This document shows positions 54,111-64,000 of a stretch of DNA of 64,000 nt, piece after piece; positions within the stretch are counted from its first letter, which is position 1, and every line of letters starts with the position of its first letter. Location: positions 2,604,001 through 2,668,000 of the forward strand of contig OY986948.1 of assembly GCA_963920595.1 (NCBI GenBank), in the 5' to 3' direction. Origin of the DNA: Eimeria praecox. Its lineage: Eukaryota. A program made the position numbers and the translations under genes. The notes beneath the pieces are model-generated. The model was not told the origin of the DNA, searched no databases, and saw only the letters and a program-made list of their open reading frames with translations.

Positions 54111-56570
54111 GTACGTAGGTATGTGTTATATACAGAGTTAACGTTGTGTACTCATGAAACGCAAACAGACGACACAAGCAATGCATAGTAACCCTAACCA
54201 CTAAACCCTAAACCCTAAACCCTAAACCCTAGACTGTATACGGACCGAACTGATTGTGGACGAGATCAATTGCTGCTGCAGCTCTGCTGTTGAAGAGCTC
54301 TCCCAACCTCTCCACTGTCTTCGCGTCTGCACTTAAACGATTTCGAAAATGTGAGAGACGAGCAGCAAATAGAGTTACTGCTGTCTTGTGCCTGCATAAA
54401 CCACAAACCCTAAACCCTAAACCCTAAACCCTAAACCCTAGACCCACGGATTCCATGCAGCATAGCAACTGCAGTCTTGTGTCGGCAAAAAAAAACCCTA
54501 AACCCTAAACCCTAAACCCCGGGATTGCATGAGACAGAGTCACTGCTGTCTTATGTCTCCACACCACACAAACCCTAAACCCTAAACCCTAAACCCTAAA
54601 CAAAGGGGTGCCACAATACTAGCGATTCGAATCCTTAAAGGGCACAAGAAGAAAGAGAAGAAGAAACGCAACAGACAGAAGACAGAGACAGGAGAAAGGG
54701 GGTAGGAGACAGGAGCAAAGACAGAGAATAAAATAAGAAAAAAGAGAGAAGAGAGAATATAAGAGACAAACGAGAGACGTCGGAAGACAAAGAAGGAGAC
54801 AGGAGGAGACAGAAGGAGACAGAAGGAGACGGGAGGAAACAGAAGGAGACGGGAGGAAACAGAAGGAGACAGGGGACAGGCGGAGACAGGGGACAGGCGG
54901 AGACAGGGGACAGGAGGAGACAGGGGACAGGAGGAGACAGGGGACAGGAGGAGACAGGAGGAGACACGCAGGGACAGGAGGAGACAAAAGGAGACGAGAG
55001 GAGACAGAAGGAGACAGAAGGAGATGAGAGCAGACGGAAGGAAACAGGAGGAGACAGGAGACAGCAGAAGGAGACGGGAGGAGACAGGAGCAGACAGAAG
55101 CAGACAGGAGGAGACAGAAAGAGACGGGAGGAGACAGGCGGAGACAGGAGGAGACAGACAGGAGGAGACAGAAGGATACGGGAGGAGACAGGAGGAAACA
55201 GGAGAAGACGGGAAGAGACAGGAGGAGACGGGAGGGGACAGACGGGGACAGAAGAAGACAGGAGGAGACACGAGGAGACAGGAGGAAACAGAAGGAGACA
55301 AGAGGAGACAGGAGGAGCCAGGAGCAGACAGGAGGAGACAGGGGGACGCAGGAGGAGACAGGAGACAGGAGGAGACAGAAGGAGACGGGAGGAGACAGCA
55401 GAAGACAGGAGGAGACAGAAGGAGACAGCAGGAGACAGCAGGAGACAGAAAGAGACAGGAGGAGACAGGGGGAGACGGGAAGAGACAGCAAGAGACAGCA
55501 GGAGACAGAAGGAGACACAAGGAGACGGGAGGAGACAGCAGGAGACAGGAGGAGACACAAGGAGACGGGAGGAGACAGCAGGAGACAGCAGAAGACAGAA
55601 GGAGACAGCAGACAGGGGACAGTTGGAGACAGCTGGGGACAGTTGGAGACACAAGGAGACGGGAGGAGACAGCAGGAGACAGAAGAAGACAGAAGGAGAC
55701 AGGAGGAGACAGAAGGAGACAGAAGGAGACAGAAGAAGACAGAAGGAGACAGAAGGAGACAGAAGAAGACAGGAGGAGACAGAAGGAGGCAGAAGAAGAC
55801 AGCAGGAGACAGGGGGAGACGAGAGGAGACAGAAGGAGACAGCAGGAGACAGCAGGAGACAGAAGGAGACAGAAGGAGACAGAAGGAGACAGAAGAAGAC
55901 AGCAGGAGACAGGAGGAGACAGAAAGAAACAGAAGGAGACAGGAGGAGACAGCAGGAGACAGTTAAAGACAGCAGGAGACAGAAGGAGACAGCAGGAGAC
56001 AGCAGGAGACAGGGGGAGACAAGAGGAGACAGCAGGAGACAGAAGGAGACAGGAGGAGACAGCAGGAGACAGCAGACAGGCTCCATTTGGCTCCATTTGG
56101 ATGCAGTGTCTTACTTGTCAAGTTCCTTATCAAGTGTCTCTTTCATCTTCCCCAGTATTTCTCTGTTTTGTTGTTGCTGTTTGTCTCCCTTCTTGGCTCC
56201 ACTATCTTTCGCTGCTGCCATAAGTTGTTTTGCTTCAGCAGCAAGAGCAGCAAGACGATCTGCTGCAGCATCAACTTCTGCTGCTGCTTGCTGCTGTTTT
56301 AGAGCTGCCAACGATCCCTGAAGCAGACCTGCTGCACTCGGTCTTGATGTGTCTGCTGCTGCTGCTGCTGCTGCTGCTGCTATTGCTGAGCCTCGTCTTG
56401 CTGCAGCTGCTGCTGATGCTGCATGCTCATCATCATCATCATCATCATCATCGTCTGCTGCTGCTGCTGCTGCTGCTGCTGCAGATACACTTGGGAACAG
56501 AACGTTGGCTAGGGTGATGGGAGAGCGCAGTCTGTCCTCCCCTTCGCTGTCTTCTGAAGAAGATGAAGCA

Positions 56571-56603
<33 letters not shown>

Positions 56604-56863
56604 TCTGCTGCTTCTGCTGCTTCTGCTTCTCCTTCTCCTGATGCGCCTGCTGCAGCAGCAATATCATCATCATCACCTTCATCATCACTTGCTGCTGCTG
56701 GTGCTGCTGGTGCTGGTGCTGCTGCTGCTGCTGCTGCTTTGGAGGGTTGGTCCTCGGGGGCCTCTACCCCATCATCATCTGCAGCAGCAGCAAACCTGCA
56801 ATTTGCTGCAGCCGTTACCAGCAGCAGCAGCAGCAGCAGCAAAGAACGCAACACCCAGCTCAT
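52169..56863 (-). CDS. Hypothetical secreted protein, 913 aa, 3 exons: 56863-56115, 54391-54246, 54015-52169
   Basis: The ATG at 56863 begins a signal peptide (MSWVLRSLLLLLLLLVTAAA). Both introns are GT-AG with matching phases (GACAA|GTAAG...TATGCAG|GCAC and TTCG|GTCCG...GTACAG|GTCCG). The joins read KELDK-HKTAVTLF and HNQF-GPFESKLEEL. The total of 2742 nt is 914 codons. The protein has an Ala/Asp-rich N-terminus, a coiled-coil-like middle and a globular-looking C-terminal half. Confidence 0.85.
54780..56080. repeat. Intronic purine-rich minisatellite, about 10-bp unit GGAGACAG(A/G/C)A
   Basis: Directly visible inside intron 1 of the 913-aa gene. It produces the spurious 'LLLSPPVSFC' and 'ETGGDRRRQ' ORFs. 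Confidence 0.95.
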
Positions 56864-57050
56864 CTTCGGTGTTGTTGCTGCTGCTGCTGCCACTGCTGCT
56901 GCTGCTGCTGCTGTTGCTGCTGCTGTTGCAGGACTATCTTCAAACAAGCGTCAGTATGTAGATGAGCTGCTCCTGCTGCTCGGCTGTTGGTCCTGCTGCT
57001 GCTGCTGCTGTTGCTGCTCTTAACATCCTGATAATCTCGCTTCCAATCGG

Positions 57051-57085
<35 letters not shown>

Positions 57086-57212
57086 GCGTGCTGCTGCAGT
57101 CGTTGCTGCTGCAGCAGCAGCAACTCGACTATAAAATTGCAAATAGATCAAACAAATAAAAAAAGAAAGGGAGGGGGTCGGGTGAGGGGAGGCAAGTGCT
57201 GTAGAGCGCTCC

Positions 57213-57379
57213 AACCCTAAACCCTAAACCCTAAACCCTAAACCCTAAACCCTAAACCCTAGACCCTAGACCGTAAACCCTGATCGTCATAACCAAATAT
57301 ATACTAGCAAGCACATCTTTTATATTTAAGACGCAATAGTCGCAGCAGCTCATGCAGCAGCAAACTCAGGATGCTGTAG

Positions 57380-57426
<47 letters not shown>

Positions 57427-57911
57427 TTGTATCCAGCCACCGCCGTATCGAGACGCCCTAAACCCTAAACCCTAAACCCTAAACCCTAGATGTAGGGGGA
57501 AGAAACAAAAGATTGTAAGTAAATTCTGTCTATTCATTAGCAACAGCCTCTTGATGAAGCTAGGGTTTAGGGTCTAGCATCAAGGGTTTAGGGTTTAGGG
57601 TTTACGATTCCTACCAAGGGGGGCGCTGAACTCGTACAGCATCAACCCTAAACCCTAGACCCTAAACCCTAAACCCTAAACCCTAAACCCTAAACCCTTA
57701 ACGTTAAACCCTTAATTCTAAGTCATTCATTGGGTGTCTTTGTTTTGAAGCCTCACGAATCCTAAACCCTAAACCCTAAACCCTAAACCCTAAACCCTAG
57801 TCCTTCGAGTCTCACGGCTAGTAGTCGCTTCCCCTTCTTCTTAACGAGATTCTTCCTCCCGCACAACCTAGGGTTTAGGGTTTAGGGTTTAGGGTTTAGG
57901 GTTTAGGGTTT
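57213..57911. repeat. Internal telomere-like (AAACCCT)n/(AGGGTTT)n blocks and a CTG run in the divergent intergenic region
   Basis: AAACCCT blocks at about 57213-57280, 57455-57490, 57645-57710 and 57761-57800. Reverse-orientation blocks at about 57561-57603 and 57869-57911. (CTG)n at about 57381-57425. Confidence 0.95.
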
Positions 57912-57923
57912 GTCTGCTACACC

Positions 57924-58417
57924 ATGCCGAAATCATCTCTCGGGCCAAGTGCTTCAAACCCTAAGACAACCTGTTCGAAGCCAGCAGCAGCAGCAGCAGC
58001 AGCAGCAGAGGAAGCAAAGGAAGACTCGGCAGCAGCAGCAGCTGCTGCTGCTGCTGCTGCTGACTCTTCTGTAACAAAAACAATAACAGCAACAACAGCA
58101 GCAGCAGGAACGGCAGCAGCAGCAGCAGGAACGGCAGCAGCAGCAGCAGGAACGGCAGCAGCAGCAGCAGGAACGGCAGCAGCAGCAGCAGGAACGGCAG
58201 CAGCAGCAGCAGGAACGGCAGCAGCAGCAGCAGGAACGGCAGCAGCAGCAGCACGGACTCCTTATGGATACGGTAGACAAACAGCAAGCGTAGGATACAC
58301 AAGCGCAGCAGCAGCAGCAGCAGCAGCAGTAGCAGCAGCAGTTATAGATGACGCAGCAGCAGCAGCTGCTGCTGCTGCAGCTGCAGCAGCAGCGGTTGAT
58401 GATGCAGCAGCAGCAAT

Positions 58418-58448
<31 letters not shown>

Positions 58449-58476
58449 GAAAGCGATGATGATGATGAGTGGGAGA

Positions 58477-58508
<32 letters not shown>

Positions 58509-58974
58509 GAAAGCGATGATGATGATGAGTGGGGGACAACAACAGCAGCAGCAGCAGCAGCAGCAGCAGGAGGAGATAGAGAAGAAGGCTGTATAGACTA
58601 TGCAGATTATGCTGCAGCAGCAAATTTTTGTGGCTTCCTAGCAGCAGAATTATCTGCTGCTGCTGACTGTCCCTCGTTGCTGCTGCAGTGGGGGGAGGAG
58701 ACAGCAGCACATCCTATCTCTCTTTCAGGTGTACCTTCTTCTTTTATTGTTGAAGATATAGAAACAGATGCATATTATTATAATATTAATAAACAAATAT
58801 ATAAAATATATAATACAATAAGAGAAAATATTATATTTAGAGGAGATAGATGGAGCGAGAAGAATAGTTGGTTGAGAAACAACAAAATAATTAAAGGAGA
58901 CAAATGTTGTGGCTCTCCTTCCCTTCAGCTTCTTGCTGCTGCTGATTCGATAGAAAACAGACACACTGCATGCA

Positions 58975-59009
<35 letters not shown>

Positions 59010-59572
59010 GGGCTACGCAGGTGGAGCTGCTCGGATATCTTGCAGCGACACAAACATCCCCTGTATAACCAACACCAGCTGCAGCAGCAGCAGCAGCAGC
59101 AGCAACAGCAACATCAGCAAGAGCAGCAGCAGCAGCAACAGCAGCATCAGCAAGAGCAGCAGCAGCAGCAACAACAGCAGCAGCAGGAGCAGCAGCAGCA
59201 GCATCTAGACCCCCCATTACCAGCAGCTGGGGGCCCTTGGGGTTTAATAGAAGACAGAAGAATATTAGGAAGAGAAGAAATAGAGACAGTTACGAAGACG
59301 GGGTGTATATCTTTCTCCTTTCCTGTCTCGGGGTGTACGTACACCACAAATCAAGTTTTTAATAAATCTGAAGATAATATACAACATCCTCGGGCTGAGA
59401 TCTCCTGGGAGGTGGCTTCTGTATGCAGCAGCAGCAGCAGCAGCAGCAGTAGCAGCAGCAGCAGCAGTAGCAGCGGGGGCAGCAGCAGCACGAATGACGA
59501 CGAAAGCAGCAACAGCAGCAGCAGCAACAGCAGCAGCAGCAACAGCAGCAGCAGCAACAGCAGCAGCAGCAA

Positions 59573-59604
<32 letters not shown>

Positions 59605-59723
59605 GCAGCAGCAAGGGGCTGATAGTAAAGAAGATTTTCTTTGACGGGAAGGCGAGTCTGCCTGCATGGCTGCTGCGAATTATTTGTCTTGCTCGTCATG
59701 CTGCAGCTACTCCTACCTTCTCT

Positions 59724-59756
<33 letters not shown>

Positions 59757-59767
59757 CAGCAGCAGCA

Positions 59768-59811
<44 letters not shown>

Positions 59812-60185
59812 GCTGCCGTGTTCGTCTGCTGCTGCCTGTCTACGACATGCATATAGCAGCAAATGCAGCTTACTTCGTCTTTGAACGGCCAGGAGTATCT
59901 CTAGGTTATCTGCTGCAGCAGCAAGGGCGATTTCCTGAGGATTGCTGCTGCTGCTGCTGCAGCAGCAGCAGCAGCAGCAGCAATGGTTGCTGCAGCAGGA
60001 ATGTGTTGTGTGTAGGTAGTCCTCGTATGTTTTTGTTTCTGTTGCTCTGTTGTTTGCTTCGACTTAAGATTGTTAAACTTGCTGCTGGTTTTCTGTCTCC
60101 TAAATCGATTTTCCTATTTGGTGGCTGTCCCCTGCAGCTACTCCTCGCCTTCGCTCCATTCATTGCTGCGAAGACACAACACAAA

Positions 60186-60236
<51 letters not shown>

Positions 60237-60393
60237 GAGCAGCAGGAAGATGCGCAGAAAAAAATGCAGCAACAAGAGCAACACCAGAGAGACAACAAGC
60301 AGCAGCAGCAGCCGCAGCAGCCGCAGGAACTCGAACAGCAGCAGCAGCAGGAACACGAACAGCAGCAGCAGCAGCAGCAGCATCAGGAACACG

Positions 60394-60445
<52 letters not shown>

Positions 60446-60809
60446 AGATGAGGAGGATGACGAAGAAGACTTAGGACAGCAGCTACCAGAAAGCTGTTGG
60501 GTGCCACCGGAGATGAGAGGAGACAGAGAAGTGGTTTGTTGTTTATCTGAGGAGACAGCCAAAACTTGTCTCTTTAAGAGGCCTAAAGGTTTATTTAAAC
60601 ATAGAAGGTGTATATACACTGCAGAAGAAAACGAAGCTGCGGTCATGTGGTGTGTAGGAATATGTCTAGCAGCTGTCTTGCTGCTGCAGCAACGCACGCA
60701 GCAGTATCTGCAACAGCAGCAGCAGCAGCAGCAGCACCCGCAGCAGCAGCAACAGAAACAGCAAAAAAAAATGCTGCAGCAAAAGAAAAAGCAGCAGCAG
60801 AAAAAGCAG

Positions 60810-60844
<35 letters not shown>

Positions 60845-60860
60845 TCAGCAGCAGCAACAG

Positions 60861-60892
<32 letters not shown>

Positions 60893-60984
60893 GCAGCAGC
60901 AGACAGCGTGGGGAGGGCTGAAGCGCGAGAATTCTCTCGAAGGCTCGTCGGTGAAGGATGGCGCCTCCCTTGATACAGCAGCAA

Positions 60985-61016
<32 letters not shown>

Positions 61017-61534
61017 GCAGCAACAACAACAGCAACAGCAGCAGCAGCACCAACAGCAACAGCAGCAGCATGTGGGGTTTCGGGTTGTTTGATGAAGCAT
61101 GGAGGAGTTCCTGCAGCTGGAGCAGCAGCAGCAGCAGCAGCTGCAGCAGCAGCAGCAGCAGAAGCAGCAGGAGCAGCAGAAGCAGCAGCAGCAGCAACTC
61201 GATTGTTTGTATCGAGTAGCAAAGAAGCCCCAGAAGGAGACAGCGGCGGGGCCCCTGCGATGTTGCTTGCTGCTGCTGCAGCAGGAGCAGCTCCGTTTAT
61301 GGTATACGAAGCTAGGGGTTATATCAGCAGCAGCAATATTGCTGAGGCTTTCCCGCTGCTGCAAGGAGACAGTCAGGGGATTATGCTGCTGCAGCAGCTG
61401 CTGCATGTGTCTCCTGCATCACGAATATCTTTAGAAAAGGCCTTAACACATCCGTGGCTAGAGGGTGTTGCTGCTGCTGTTGCTGCTGCTGATGTTGCAG
61501 ACTTGTGTAGATGCTGCAGCAACAGCAACAGCAG

Positions 61535-61575
<41 letters not shown>

Positions 61576-61712
61576 GCAGCGGCAGGTGTGCTGCAGCAGA
61601 ATGGGTGAGACAGCAGGCGAAATTGTGTCTGCGTGTTGCAGCAGAAAGAAAAAGAGAAGATGATGTGATGCTAGGAAGCAATCTATCTTCTTCTCAGTTA
61701 CAAACAAAATCA

Positions 61713-61721
<9 letters not shown>
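57924..61721 (+). CDS. CDK/CMGC-like protein kinase-fold protein, probable pseudokinase, with many homopolymeric inserts (1265-aa ORF)
   Basis: An uninterrupted 3.8-kb ORF with kinase subdomain remnants in order: LIVKKI (II), LPAWLLRIICL (PSTAIRE-like), YFVFE (V), LSPKSIFL (VIb), WVPPEM (VIII), VMWCVGICLA (IX) and GIMLLQQLLHVSPASRISLEKALTHPWL (XI). The exact ends are uncertain. Confidence 0.8.
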
Positions 61722-63003
<1,282 letters not shown>

Positions 63004-63038
63004 TTTTCTTTGTATTAGCATGGAAAGCTGTACTGAGG

Positions 63039-63089
63039 ATGCTTCGGCTTCGCCTTCCTCCCGCTGTCGTGCGGTGGTCGTCGCTCAGT

Positions 63090-63135
<46 letters not shown>

Positions 63136-63184
63136 TTGCCAAGACTGCTGCTGCTGCGGTGAGCCGCTTCTCCTCATGCCGCAG

Positions 63185-63262
<78 letters not shown>

Positions 63263-64000
63263 GCTCTGGGCCTCTGTAAACCAGGATCTCCGGTGTCTCC
63301 GCACCTCAGACTTCAGCGCTTGTCGCTTCTTTCATTCTCATTCCCCTCCGTCAGATGAAGCAAACCTAATGTACACTCCAAACCCCAAACCCCAAACCCT
63401 AAACCCTAAACCCTAAACCCTAAACCCTAATCTTCACGAAGCTTCCGGGGTGGCAGCCGCTTCTGTATGAGAGTTTATTTGTATGATGAAGGCTGACAGC
63501 TAGCTACTAAGTTTCACTCGTTGTAGCATATAAAGACCCTAAACCCTAAACCCTAAACCCTAAACCCTAAACCCTAAACCCTATTTGGTGTGGTTTTATG
63601 TTTTCAGCTCTTTTGTGTTTGTTGAAGAAGACGGAACAGAAACCCCCGTCAAAGTCCCCGAAGGATGCACTGTGTTAGAGGCGGCTCATTCAAACAATGT
63701 GCCCATAGAAGGTAGCCTCTAAACCCTAAACCCTAGGCCCTAAACCCTAGACCCTAGACCCTAAACCTCGAGTCTCTCTTTTAAGGTTTCTTTCTGCATT
63801 GTTGACAGTTTGGTGTTTGCTCAAGGAGAGAGCAAGAATGTTTTCTAGATCTTTCTAGGGTTTAGGGTTTAAGGGTGAGGGCTTAGGGTCTAGGGTTTAG
63901 GGTTTAGGGTTTGGGGTGTATGTACAGGGGCTTGTGAGGGACAGTGCTCGTGCTCCACCTGCCACGTAATTCTCAGCGATCAGCTCTATGCATCTTTGAA
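63039..64000 (+). CDS. Mitochondrial adrenodoxin-type [2Fe-2S] ferredoxin (Yah1/FDX2 family), partial; exons 63039-63370, 63608-63711, 63928->64000
   Basis: The spliced product has an Arg/Ser-rich presequence, then ISFVFVEEDGTETPVKVPEGCTVLEAAHSNNVPIE-GACEGQCSCSTCHVILSDQLY. This contains the adrenodoxin signature GACEGxxxCSTCHV (C-x5-C-x2-C). Both introns are GT-AG with consistent phases. Confidence 0.95.

Noticed and set aside
54582..56223. ORFs of 313-504 aa on both strands
   Set aside because: Translations of the 10-bp minisatellite inside a well-supported intron.

Overview
Eukaryotic coccidian DNA, most likely Eimeria: it shows CAG/CTG tracts, internal AAACCCT telomere-like heptamers, TGCATGCA clusters and GT-AG introns. 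The species cannot be determined from the sequence. The window spans a repeat-poor to repeat-rich boundary at about 48.9 kb. Bases 1 to about 46,000 are a head-to-tail array of about 10 units of 4.3-5.2 kb, in three recently amplified subtypes (A period 4712 bp, B period 5195-5197 bp, C period 4600-4609 bp) plus chimeric junction units. The subtypes share collinear anchors. I found no intact gene in any unit, but there are remnants suggesting a decayed, spliced minus-strand gene of unknown family. After the array come the first exon of a signal-peptide/TM protein gene (minus strand), a 3-exon 913-aa secreted coiled-coil protein gene (minus), a divergently oriented CDK-like probable pseudokinase full of homopolymeric inserts (plus), and the first three exons of a mitochondrial adrenodoxin-type [2Fe-2S] ferredoxin (plus, truncated by the window end). 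Most short ORFs in the supplied track are spurious. All comparisons were made by eye.
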